Origin: Piromyces finnis finn
Lineage: Eukaryota; Fungi; Neocallimastigomycota
DNA length: 64,000 nucleotides
Assembly (NCBI GenBank): GCA_002104945.1
Contig: MCFH01000063.1
Span: forward strand, 124,001-188,000
Direction: 5' to 3'
Shown here: positions 11,708 to 24,849 of the stretch, piece by piece
Layout: the number at the start of each line of letters is the position of its first letter
How positions within the stretch are numbered: the stretch's first letter is position 1
Translations under genes and position numbers: made by a program
The notes under the pieces: model-generated
The model's input: the letters and a program-made list of their open reading frames with translations, nothing else
What the model was told of the DNA's origin: nothing
The model's database searches: none

Positions 11708-12425
11708 TTTCTGTACTATTATTATGTTATTTCTTATATATTTTATATTTAAATAATTTCCTATTTTATTAATTATTATTATTTCTTATTTTTGTTTATT
11801 AATTAATTATTGTTGATATTATTGATAATAATTATTGTCTATACTATTATTAAATGATAAATTTTTATTATAATTTATTATTATTATCTTAGAATATGAT
11901 CGTCAAATATTTGTATTTTCAATATTATTACTAATTATTATTAATTATTACTAATTATTAATCATTAATTATTTATTATTTATTATTTATCCTTTTATAT
12001 TTATTATTATTATTATTCAATGTTTAGTAATATAATTATTTGTGATATGTTATTTACTAGTGTTTTAACTATTTTATTTATGATTATATAATTTCAATTT
12101 ATATATATATATATATATTTATATTTTTTATATTTCTATTACTTTAATATATCTTGCATAATATAATTTATTTTATTGTTAATTTTAATTTAATTATCAT
12201 ATCAAGTCACATAACAATTTATATATTTAAAATATTATTTATTATTATTTGTATATTTTATATTTCAATTGCTCGATTGATGTATATAAATCACTTTATG
12301 TAAATGTATTTATATAATTTCATATGTTTTATTATAATTGTTATTAAATATTATTATTCACTATTAATATATATTTTATTCAATAACATATTTTTTTTTT
12401 TTTTTTTTTTTTGTTTTATATATAT

Positions 12426-12547
12426 TGTAATGAGGTATATCTAATGATAAGGGTTAGACTAGAAAATCATTAAGGTTAGATTAATGAAAATTTCATAATT
12501 ATATTTTTATAACCAATCATTAAGTAATTAATTCACTTATCAAATTG

Positions 12548-12578
<31 letters not shown>

Positions 12579-12813
12579 TAATTTTCATGTATAAAAGAGA
12601 GAATAAGAAAGATAAAATAGTTCTTTAGTGTTTTTATTAATAATTAATAAAAATTAGTTTTTTTTTTGTTTCGTCTTTAGTTTGATAATACACTGACCTA
12701 GCGAGTTAGTCGTATTATAATAATAAATTTAATAAATAAACATTATTAAAAAAAAAATACATATATTTGATACATTAGAGTGTGTGTGTTTATTATTATA
12801 ATATTTCGTTACA
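12426..12813 (+). repeat. 5' LTR of element D (388 bp)
   Basis: Direct repeat of 17566-17954; TATAAAA at 12590-12596. Confidence 0.97.
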
Positions 12814-12882
12814 ATAAAAACACTCTAAGAAAAAGATCGCTACCTCAGTGCCTCGTTTATTTGCTTACTTCTAATTTTTTTT

Positions 12883-15800
12883 ATGGATAACTCTGCTGAT
12901 TTGAAGAACGGTTTTGATGGCAACCGTCGCTACCTGAAGGGATTCTTAGCCAAAATGGACATGATCTTTATGATCCATCCTGAAATAGGAAGGGACGATG
13001 GAGAAAAGGTCTTCTACGTCGTTAGTCGCCTCTACGGGGATGCAATGAATTGGGCTGCTACCTTGATTAACAACCATGATCCTTGCTTACAGGATTATGG
13101 CGCCTTTGTTGGAAAGCTGAAGGCTGCTTTTGGTTTTCAGGATATGGTCTATACTGCCAACCAAAAGCTCAAGAAGATCAAACAACATGGCCTATCCAAT
13201 ACTCAAGAGTATATCAAGGAATTTAACTACTATGCTGATGAATCCACTTGGAATGAACAAGCCAAGATGGATGCTTTTGTTGATGGGTTGGACGATAGAA
13301 TCGCCACCCATATCCTTCAGATGTTTCCTGGCCCTTCTACCTTGATAAACTTACAAACAATAGCCAGTCGTATAGGAAGTAGATTGGCATGCCACCAAGA
13401 GGAAATAAACAGAAGATCCAATAGAAGTTTCCGTTCTAAACAAAGCTTCCAATCCCGCTCCTCAGAAAGATCTACAAGTAAATCCACTCAGCCCAAGAAG
13501 GAAAATAATTTTGGCCCCATTTCAAGTGAAGAACGTAGCCGCCGAATGAAAGAGAATCTCTGCTTATATTGTGGTAAACCTGGTCACCGATTATCTGAAT
13601 GCCCTATTAGAACCAAAAAGGAAAACCATACTAATAATGCTGGGGTCCATGTTTTGAATGAACAAGAAAAATCCACTCGACTTTCGGATAACTCCTCTTT
13701 ACCTCAAACTGTTATCGATGTTGATGTTGTTCTTCCATACAAATCTGTCGGAACTAAAGTTCTCTTAGATAGTGGTTCACAATTCTGTTTGATAGACCAC
13801 GCCTTTGTTAAGGCCCATGAGATCCCTATAATTACCAAAGTAAAATGCCCACAAATTATAGGTATCGGAGGTCACCAAAAGATTATCGGCCAGACTTGGC
13901 CTATAACTGTGGAACACATGAATCACTCATGCCAGTTACAATTTTACGTCGTAGAATTGCCTTCTTACTGTTGTATTCTTGGCTCTGATTGGCTGGCCCT
14001 TCACAATCCGACAATCAATTTTGCTAGTAAGGACGTTTCCTATCATTCTGAATACTGTAAGGAAAATTGCTTAAGGAAAGAATCTGCTAGCTCTACCACT
14101 TCTGAACTCGAAGACCAATCGAAGGACGAAATGTCAGTTGGAAATACACCTGAATACCCTTTCAATGTATTCACTTGTTTAGAAGAACCTGAAGTTGAGT
14201 CACCCCAAATTCCAATTCACTACTCTCAACACTCCAAAGTGTTCGAGGAAAGGCTCGCTGATAAACTCCCTCCTCATCGCCCGTACGACTGTGAGATCAA
14301 CCTGAGACCAAATAGCAACTTGTTTTATGGTCCAATCTACCGACTTACTGAGAAAGAATCAAAGGTATTAGAAGAAACCATTAATGAAAATTTAAAAAAG
14401 GGGTTTATCCGCAAATCCAAATCGCCAGCTGGTGCTCCCGTTCTGTTTGTCCCGAAGAAGAGTGGAGAACTTCGTATGTGTATCGACTACCGCCGCTTGA
14501 ACGAAATCACCATTAGGAACTCGTACCCTCTCCCATTGATCCAAGACATGTTGGATCATCTAGGAAAAGCTAAGGTGTTCTCGAAGTTAGATCTTCGATC
14601 CGCCTATAACTTGGTAAGAATCAAAGAAGGCGATGAATATAAGACCGCCTTCACCTGTCAATTTGGCCATTTCGAATATCTGGTAATGCCTTTCGGTCTC
14701 AAGAACGCTCCTGCAGTCTTCCAACATTTTATTAACGACGTTCTTGAAGGCATTATCGGTAAATTCGTCTTTTCGTATATTGACGATATTATCATTTTTT
14801 CTGATAATATAGCCGAACATCATGAACACGTCAATGAAGTCCTTCGTAGACTCGAAGAAGCCGGACTGTACGCTAAACTTGAAAAATGTCTATTCGACTC
14901 TCCTTGTCTTGACTTCCTTGGTCATAGAATCTCTGCCTCTGGTATCGGAATGGACCCTAATAAGGTGAAAGCCATTGCGGAATGGCCGACTCCTAAATCG
15001 GTCCATGAACTACAATCTTTCCTAGGCTTAGCCAACTATTATCGTAGATTTATTCCTGGCTTTGCTAAGATTGCTCACCCACTCCACCAACTTTGCAAGA
15101 AGAACACCGCCTTCGTTTGGAACGATACCGCTCAAGATGCTTTTGATGCTTTGGTTAAGCATTTTATTAGTCAGCCTATCCTTGCATATCCTGATGTTGA
15201 CCTACCTTTCGTTGTCGAAACCGATGCAAGCAGCTTCGCCATAGGTGCTGTATTGTCTCAAGTCAACAAGTCCGACAATATTCTTCACCCTGTTGCGTTC
15301 TTTTCTAGATCCCTTACAAACCCGGAGAAGAACTACCCTATCTATGATAAAGAACTTTTGGCTATCGTCGCGTCCTTAGAAGTGTGGAGACATTTTTTGA
15401 AAGGTGCGAATCATCCTTTCAAAATTATATCAGACCACAGAAACCTCCTTTTTCAGAAGAAACCGGAGAAGATGACTCAGAGATTAATTAGATGGTCCCT
15501 TTTCCTTGCTGAATTCGATTTTGTCATTGAATATCGCCCTGGTTCCTCGAACGGGAAAACCGATGCCTTGTCAAGAAGACCTGACTATCTTGATCACTCT
15601 TGCAATTCCGATTCTAATAACTCTGTCTTTCGTCCCGAAAATTTCAGCTCCTGCTTTGCTTCATCCACTCCTTCTTCTCTTCTTGAAAAAATTGCTCTCT
15701 CTTGTAAACTTGACAAATTCTTCATTGAGACTTCTAATCAACTTCTCAATGATAATTGTTCTTCTGACTACAAACTTAGTAACAACGTCCTCCTTTTCCA

Positions 15801-17077
15801 AGATAAAATCTATGTTCCTAATGATTGCCGAGTTGAAATTCTGTCTTCTTGTCATGACTCCCCTGCTGCCGGCCATTTTGGTATTTCAAAAACTTTATCC
15901 TTGATTTCCCGTAACTACTGGTGGCCCAAAATGTATCAGGATGTTAAGGACTATGTCCGTTCTTGTGAGGTCTGCTGTCGTTCGAAATCCTCTAGACATA
16001 AACCTTACGGGTTATTATCCACTCTTCCTTTAGGTGAACGTCCCTGGTCTTCCATTGCTATGGATTTTATCACTGACCTCCCCTCTTCTCGTGGATTTAC
16101 CTGTATCTTCGTTGTCATTGATCGATTGACAAAAATGGCTCACTTTATCCCTCTTGAAAAAGTTCCCACTGCTGAACGTGCTGCCGAAGCTTTCATTAAC
16201 AACGTCTTCAAACTTCATGGATGCCCCTCCGACATTGTTCTCGACCAAGGTTCTCAGTTCACTTCAAAGTTTTGGAAGAAATTCTTTGCTACCCTCAAGA
16301 TTGATTTGAAATACTCTTCTGCTTATCACCACCAATCCAATGGCCAGACGGAGAGAGTGAACTCCGTTGTAGAACAATATCTACGCTGCTTCTCAAATTA
16401 CAAAGGCACTAACTGGATCGAATACTTAAGCCTAGCTGAATTTAGTTACAATAATTCAGTTCAAGAATCTGCAAAACAAACACCCTTCTTCTTGAACTAT
16501 GGTTTCCATCCTAATTTTAATCCAACAATTCCAACAACAAGTGAAGTTCCAAGAGCTGAAGAATACACAAAAGAATTAAAAGAAATTATCAGCACCCTCA
16601 AGAAAAACCTTTCGGAAGCCCAAAAGAAACAAGAACATTTCGCCAATAGACATAGACAACCAGGCCCGTCATTCAAACCAGGAGAAAAGGTATGGTTAAT
16701 CAATAATAATTTAGTTAAGGGAAATAAAAAATTCACCCCTCGGAAACTCGGTCCCTATGAAATTGAACAACAAATATCAGAAGTCTCATTTAAATTGAAA
16801 CTCCCTGGTAACATGAAGATTGATCCGGTATTCCATAAATCATCTCTCGAGCCTTACTTCGAAGGGAAAAGTACAAACCGAAAAGTTCAACCTCCACCAC
16901 CTGTCATTATAAACGAAGAGGAGGAATACGAAGTAGAAGAAATTCTGGACAAAAGAAGACGCTATAACAAAACTCAGTACTTGATCAAATGGAAAGGATA
17001 TCCTATTTCAGAAGCCTCATGGGAACCCGAAGAAAATCTGAACTGTCCAGCAAAGCTAAGAGAATTCAACAAGACCC

Positions 17078-17082
<5 letters not shown>
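12883..17082 (+). CDS. Gag-Pol polyprotein, 1399 aa (gag-ZnK-PR-RT-RH-IN-chromodomain)
   Basis: [42 protein letters not shown], integrase D-D-E, terminal chromodomain. Confidence 0.98.
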
Positions 17083-17140
<58 letters not shown>

Positions 17141-17478
17141 AATAATAATAAAATTAACTAATTTTCATTAATTTTTAGACACAAATGAGGGATATTAATT
17201 TTTAGAATAAACTTAACCGATACCGTTTTGGCGAAGCTCCCATAGGGATTTACTGGACTTACAAGCGTACCAAGAACAAGTACTATCAAACGGCCATATT
17301 GGAACCTTGCCTATGAAACCTCTAGTACTTGTTGGACATACTTTAGTCTTGGCGCCAACCCGCCTTACATCAAAGTTACTCTACCAACCCCGACTTCGAA
17401 CCCACAACCTTCTAGTTCATTGCCAACTACTCGACCATTGTACCACACCTTTTAATTCTCATATGAAGTCAACTGCCT

Positions 17479-17520
<42 letters not shown>

Positions 17521-17565
17521 ATTAGCTTATAAATTCGTCTGGAATCCGAATTTAGAGGAGGAGCT

Positions 17566-17687
17566 TGTAATGAGGTATATCTAATGATAAGGGTTAGACT
17601 AGAAAATCATTAAGGTTAGATTAATGAAAATTTCATAATTATATTTTTATAACCAATCATTAAGTAATTAATTCACTTATCAAATTG

Positions 17688-17719
<32 letters not shown>

Positions 17720-17954
17720 TAATTTTCATGTATAAAAGAGAGAATAAGAAAGATAAAATAGTTCTTTAGTGTTTTTATTAATAATTAATAAAAATTAGTT
17801 TTTTTTTTGTTTCGTCTTTAGTTTGATAATACACTGACCTAGCGAGTTAGTCGTATTATAATAATAAATTTAATAAATAAACATTATTAAAAAAAAAATA
17901 CATATATTTGATACATTAGAGTGTGTGTGTTTATTATTATAATATTTCGTTACA
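17566..17954 (+). repeat. 3' LTR of element D (389 bp)
   Basis: Direct repeat of 12426-12813, preceded by the PPT. Confidence 0.97.
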
Positions 17955-19133
17955 TATATATAAATATATGAAGTAAATATTAATACTTAGCTTCACCGGC
18001 CTTTAAAGGATTCTCCACCAAATTTGATAAGTGTTTAATATTATCTTAATTTATAATTAAATAATTATAAAAGTGATAATGTTCTTATCAATTTATATAA
18101 AAAAAAAAAGATTTAAAGTAAATTTTTATTATAAAGTTATTTGAAATATTTTAATTCGACATAACGATTATTAACAAAATATAAAAGTTATGTTTTAAAA
18201 ACACAATTTTAAAATATATTTTTGAATCAACTCTTTATTTAATACATTTATTAAAAGAATTGATTGATTTTTAAATTAGGAAATAATTACATGTATTTAT
18301 AATTTTCTTTCTGTTTTAACTTTTTAAAATAAAATATTAATATGTTTTAAAATAATAATGAATAATAAATAAAAGAAACAATTTATTTTAAAGTAATTAA
18401 TTTAATTAATATAACACTATTTTACTATTTAAAATGTTATTTATACTATGTTTATTTTATAACAAAAATATAATTTAAACTGAGTTTTAATAAATAATTT
18501 TTATACTTTTAATTAAACATTTAAATATTATTATTATTTATTATTTATTTTTAAGTTGTTTTGAGGGTTAGTTTATATCAAGATTATAATTTCATATTTA
18601 TTAATTCCAATTTATATCAAAATTTTTGTAAAAGGTTTATTATAATATTAGTTAATAGGTTATTAAATTAGTTAATTAAGTTAGTTATTACCTCTCTATA
18701 CGAGTTAATAACTAAATAAAGTTTTATAAAAAATAATAAAAGAAGGAAAATAAATATTATAACACTAAAATAAATATAAACACTTATATAAATATTTTAT
18801 GAAATAACTTTTACTTAAATAATTATATTTTAATTATATCTTTTATTTATTAATTATAATTATCTACATTAATTATTATTATAGTTATTAATTTACTTTA
18901 ATACTAACGCTAAAGTATTTAACGTTAGTTTTGACTATACTATTTAACTATATGAGTTTATTTTCTTTACCACTTGATTGGGTAAAGCAAATAAACTTCC
19001 TATTTAATTAATAACCATTAATATATGGTTATGCATATATTTGGCCAATAAATGGTGACCAGAATATATGGTTTCAATTGAAATATTTGTGGGCAAACTT
19101 ATGGCCACAAATATTTCTTACAATTTTGTAAAG

Positions 19134-19205
19134 AGCAGCGTAGCGCAGTGGAAGCGTGGTGGGCTCATAACCCACAGGTCGTATGATCGAAACATACCGC
19201 TGCTA
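19134..19205 (+). tRNA. Initiator tRNA-Met (CAT)
   Basis: Acceptor stem AGCAGCG/CGCTGCT with A1-U72, anticodon arm GTGGG-CTCATAA-CCCAC with three G-C pairs, T-loop ATCGAAA (A54/A60). All are eukaryotic initiator hallmarks. Confidence 0.97.
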
Positions 19206-19829
19206 ATAATTTTTATTAACTATTAAAAGAAAATACTTTTTTATTTAAAAGTTAAATATTAATTTTTAATTAATTGAAAATTATTTAAACATCTTTTAAA
19301 ATATATTTTTTATATATAAGTAATATTACTTTGATCACAATTACGTTTTCTAAATATAAAATATTAACAATGACTCTTTCATATTTACTAAAAATTAATT
19401 TTATATATAATTCTTTATTTTAGAATTTTTAGTTATTTAAAAATAGTATTTAAAAGTAATTTTTCTTTTAAAATTATATATATATATATATATATAGTAC
19501 AATTTTTATATTGCTCAAAAAAAAAATATAAAAATTATTATAACAATTATATATATTTAATTATATTTAGTTATATTATATATATTTAATATACAAAAAG
19601 AAGAATATACAAAAATTAAATTTCTTATTCTAACTTTCTAATTTTTTTTCTGTATCTTTTCTTGATAAAATATATAATAGTATTATCATTTAACGTCAAC
19701 GCTTATTAATAATACTTTTATTTTTAGATAAAAGCTAATTACTTTTATCTTATTGAATATATTGTAAATAAATTTTTAATTATATTTACTTTATATATTT
19801 CTTTAATTTTACAAAAAAGTTTAAGATCT

Positions 19830-21035
19830 TTAATTCCAAATCTTGGAACAAATATCATTAATTGATTGACATTTTTGGTAATCACTACCTTGGTAACATT
19901 GGTTAAGAGCAGAGTAACAATCATTAGACTTCTTAGTCTTACAATCCCAATCTTGAGAACCACAGCTAAGATAATCAGAAGAGTTAACATTACTGTTGTT
20001 GTTGTTGTTGTTGTTGTTCCAGTTGTTGTTGTTATTGTTGTTGTTATTATTGTTCCAGTTGTTATTGTTGTTGTTGTTGTTATTATTGTTATTCCAATTA
20101 GTTTGTTGGATAGACTTGGTAGTAGTAGTAGTTGGGAGAGTCTTGGAACCGTTGTTGTTGTTGTTGTTGTTGTTCCAGTTAGTTTGTTGAATAGACTTGG
20201 TAGTAGTAGTAGTTGGGAGAGTCTTGGAACCGTTGTTGTTGTTGTTCCAGTTGTTGTTATTGTTGTTGTTGTTGTTCCAGTTAGTTTGTTGAATAGACTT
20301 GGTAGTAGTAGTAGTTGGGAGAGTCTTGGAACCGTTGTTGTTGTTGTTGTTCCAGTTGTTGTTGTTGTTGTTGTTCCAGTTGTTGTTGTTGTTGTTGTTA
20401 TTCCAGTTAGTTTGTTGAATAGACTTGGTAGTGGTAGTAGTTGGGAGAGTCTTGGAACCGTTGTTGTTGTTGTTGTTGTTCCAGTTGTTGTTATTGTTGT
20501 TGTTATTGTTATTCCAGTTAGTTTGTTGGATAGACTTGGTAGTAGTAGTAGTTGGGAGAGTCTTAGAACCGTTGTTGTTGTTGTTGTTGTTGTTCCAGTT
20601 GTTGTTGTTGTTGTTGTTATTGTTATTCCAGTTAGTTTGTTGGATAGACTTAGTAGTAGTAGTAGTTGGGAGAGTCTTGGAACCGTTGTTGTTGTTGTTG
20701 TTGTTCCAGTTGTTGTTGTTGTTGTTGTTGTTATTCCAGTTAGTTTGTTGGATAGACTTGGTAGTAGTAGTAGTTGGGAGAGTCTTGGAACCGTTGTTGT
20801 AATTGTTGTTGTTGTTGTTGTAATTGTTGTAGGTAGTTGGAAGGGACTTTGATGAAGAAGAAGAGTAACCTGGAATAGTTTTTGCTACATTTATATAAAT
20901 ATAATTTTAAAATATTAATAATTTTATAAGTTTATATAATAAATATTTATAAAAAATTATTATTTTTATCTTACATGATTGACCAAAAACAGAAACGAGG
21001 CATAAAGCTAATAATGAAAGATTAATGTACTTCAT
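19830..21035 (-). CDS. Secreted Asn/Thr-rich repeat protein with a C-terminal six-Cys domain (371 aa, two exons)
   Basis: Exon 1 (21035-20975) encodes signal peptide MKYINLSLLALCLVSVFGQS. GTAAG...TAG intron at 20974-20885. Exon 2 (20884-19830) is open throughout, with 7 x GSKTLPTTTTTKSIQQTNW separated by poly-Asn, ending CGSQDWDCKTKKSNDCYSALNQCYQGSDYQKCQSINDICSKIWN*. Confidence 0.9.
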
Positions 21036-24000
21036 TTTCGTTATTTTATTGTCAACAATAAAACTTTTTTATATTTTTATTTAAGTGTATTAAATTTATT
21101 TTTATTATAAATTTTTATTATTTTTTTTTTTTTAAAAATATATCAAATATTTTTAAACTGATGAAAATTAAATTATGAAAAAAAATAAGAGTATTTATAC
21201 TAAATTTTTATTGTTTCATGTTATCTAATTATATATATGAACTTTGTTATTTACATAATTTTTTTTAATACTTTAATTATCAAACTATATTCCTGTTTAA
21301 TTTATTAATATATTAACATTAGTTTTTAATTTATTATTCCTTAAAAAACATATAAAGAGTATTTATATATAATATTAAACTATTATATAATATAAATATT
21401 ATATAATACAAAAAAATTGATTTTCAAAACTTTAATTTTTTTTTTCTACCTATTTTAATACAAAAAATAATGATATTTTATGCTATATAAAATGAAAATT
21501 ATATTAACATTTTAAATTTTATTTTATAGTAATTAAATTAAAATTATGGATAATAAAAATTTTAATATAAAATAAAATTTCAGAGCACTTATTAATTTGT
21601 ATAGTAGATTAAAAATGTAACATTAAGAAACCAATATTTTCCATGAAAATTATTAAATCAACAAATTGCGTTTACATAAATAAATATTTAATTTTTTTAT
21701 GATAAAATTATCATGAACCTTTTTATTGTTATATTGATAATGTTTATTACTTATTAACCTATTAACTGAAAATGCAAAGTCAATTCTATATTAATAATAA
21801 TGATAAAAGGAGAAACAGATTGATCATAAAAAGAATAAATAAATTTAAAATTAATAGTTTTAAAAAAATAATTTAACATGTTAATATTTTTATATAATAT
21901 TATGTTTTAAAATATGTATTTTATTTTTTTTAAAACATTAATTTTAATTAAAACAATTTAAACCTAGAATTAATTTATTTTAATTAAACTTTTTTTGTTC
22001 ATCATCAAAAGTGCATGATATATGTATATTAATTATTTACCATTTAATCATGAATAATATGTATTTTAAAAGAAAGGAAGAAAAGGAATATTGATTTTAT
22101 CAGTATCAATATTAAGTATAAAACTATTTAAAAGATCTCATATTCCTTACCATGAAGTATTATTACTAATCTTTTTTTAAAAAAGGAATCAATTTATATC
22201 AAATCTTAAATTTTATTATTGACATATATGGATTAATTGCGTTTCACTATAACCTATTCAAATATATTAAACTTTAGATAATATTATAACTAGCATATAG
22301 GAATTTTTTTTTTTACTCTATTTAATAATATTATCCCAATAAATATAATTTAAAATTAAGAAACTATTTGTCCCATTTATTTTTTATTTCATTCAACCTT
22401 TTTTATGGTTAATGTATTGTACATTTAACCAATAGTTATCAAGATCTTTATTAATAAAATTATTAAAATTTATATTAATAATCTTAATTACTATTAATTT
22501 ATCAAATTATTAATTTAAAATAATTCAATTAAAACAAAATTTAAAACAAATAAAATTTTTCAGTAGCCGTTGATTTTAATTAATATTGTAATAGAAATAT
22601 AAAAATGGTATAATTAAATTTGTACCAATACATTTATATAATAGCCTTTGAGTAATGTGAGAAGTAATAAATTCTTAAGTAAATAAGATTTAATTAGTTT
22701 TTTTTTTCATCTACCGTTTATTAATTAATTAATGATACTTAATCTTTTTTATGTCATGACGTATGACACATTTATAAAAAGTATTTTCATTAAAAAGATA
22801 TACATGTTACAAAATTATTATTATTAACAACTAAAATAAAAAATATCATTTTAATATTTTATTTTTAAAACCATTAATATTACCCTTTATTATTATTATT
22901 ATTATTCCTATATAGTATTTTTTATTATTATTTCCATTTATTATTATATAGTATAATTTGTGTTATTTCTTTTAGTATTACTATCACCATTCATTTTTTA
23001 TATTATAAAAAAATATGATTTTCACTATATCCTTTATTTTAAAAATATACAATATATATTATTGATTAGTAAATTAATAAATGATGTTTTTTTTTTAATG
23101 GATATTCATTAAAAAGTTGTATTGTATACTACTTGAAAATATGTTTTGAACTTTAAATTTTAATTATAGCATTATTATGTTCCAATAAATCAAACTATTG
23201 TTATTAAATAAAGTTATACCGAGCAATAGAATAAATTCAAAATGAACTTCTATAAAAGTCAATATTTCTATTATTTTTGGATGAGTAAGAATAGAAGGAC
23301 AAATTGAACATTGACTTTATTGAAACATAATAATTAAAAGGTTGGAACAAAATAAAATATTTGAAAAAAAAGGTTAAATTAATTTTATCTCTTTAGTTCT
23401 TTAATTTAAATAGTTTCATGCAACATTAGCCTTTTATGGTTAAATAAAAAAAAAAGAAAATAATTTATAAAAGGAAATTTTTAGCAAAAACTTTATTTTC
23501 ATACACTTTTTTTATTATAGTTTTAACTATTGTATTATGTGTTAATATATTACATTAGTAATACTATATATATATTTTTAAAAATGTGACTAATATTTAT
23601 TAATGTAAATTTAAAACAATTTTACCACTCTTAGTTTGACTAAATATATATTGTAAAAAATATATACAGCTCAATAGTTTATATATAATGGCATTTATAA
23701 AAGTTAATATAATATTATTATTGTATATAAATTCAAGTAGAATATATACATATAATGAAGTTGATTTACAAGAATGAAAAAAAAAAAAAAACATTAACCT
23801 TATTTTTACTAATCATAATCTTATTTAATATCATTAAATTAGTCATAGTTTTTAGTATATCATTAATTTATAATATTTTATATAAATTAAACTTTATAAT
23901 TAATGACCAACCTCTTAAATTTTTTTTTTTTTTTATTTATAATCCATATTAGAAATATAATTTAATTTTCATATCAATAATTAGAATTTGTGGGAAATTA

Positions 24001-24382
24001 ATCATCATTTTATTCATTATTAGCATTTATTATTTTAATAAACATTTTATATATTTCAATTCTTATAATTGAACAAAAACTTTTCAGTAAAAATATATAT
24101 TAATTACTTTGGAATGTATTTTATCGTTTTAATTACTGGTTATGTTACTATATTGTTTTCATATTTATTATTTATATATCTATATTATTATTCTTAACAT
24201 TATTTTTATATTCATCATATTTAATTGATTATTTTGTTTCTATTTGATGAAATAAGAACTTTTTTTTGGATAACAAAGAAACATTGTATATTATATATAT
24301 ATATTATATAATACATTAATATTATGATATTAGGAAAATAATTTATAATAAATATTATATACTAGTGTTAATTATATTATAT

Positions 24383-24849
24383 TTTTTTTTTAGACTTCCA
24401 TATATCCTCATCTAACCCCCCTGAGTTATATGGTATGTGATTGTACATTATTGTACATTGCCATATCAGAACGACGTCGGCACAATCATCCCTCTGGGCA
24501 GGGCTAATATGGAATGGCTTATTGCTCTTAACGATCCTATCACACAAAGACCGAGCTACCAACACCAGTGATCTCCTGAACCTTTATTGGCGAAGGATGA
24601 TTAACGATGAGAACAACCCTCAAAGACCATAGTTAGTAATCTGTGAATTAATTGATACCCCTTCCTACATATACTCTAAACTTCAGTGGGAAAACCGCTT
24701 GATACGGAGAAAACTACCAATCTGAATTAACTGCTTAGGGTAGAGTCCGGTGGTATAGTTATATTTACCTGAATTGACCTTTAACCCCTATACTTTAAGC
24801 GCAAACCTGAAACAGGAAAATCGCTAAAGAACTGTCAATGGCGGGGGTC
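24383..24849 (-). mobile_element. 5'-truncated SINE-like retroposon
   Basis: GC-rich island with a short A-tail. 14-bp TSD TAATTATATTATAT (24369-24382 and 24850-24863). Its 5' part is collinear with the SINE at 46168-46715, starting inside the B box. Confidence 0.75.

Larger units (their letters stand above)
12426..17954 (+). mobile_element. Intact Ty3/Gypsy chromovirus LTR retrotransposon (element D)
   Basis: LTRs 12426-12813 and 17566-17954 are identical by eye except for an A27 vs A28 run. TG...CA ends, TATAT TSD (12421-12425 and 17955-17959), PPT GAGGAGGAGCT (17555-17565), uninterrupted ORF. Confidence 0.98.

Noticed and set aside
11710-12420. 5' LTR/PBS of element C
   Set aside because: Sequence is too AT-rich and the partner LTR is outside the window, so no boundaries can be supported.
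16989-17525. Short poly-Lys ORFs
   Set aside because: Produced by poly(A) tracts in the element D 3' UTR.
19866-20852. 328-aa Val-rich ORF and overlapping Leu-rich ORFs on the + strand
   Set aside because: Antisense shadows of the real minus-strand gene, which has a signal peptide, a proper intron and a Cys-rich end.
24383-24849. Telomerase RNA, RNase P/MRP or group I intron candidate for the GC-rich island
   Set aside because: No convincing template or conserved core motifs in order; the TSD, A-tail and SINE homology explain it better.
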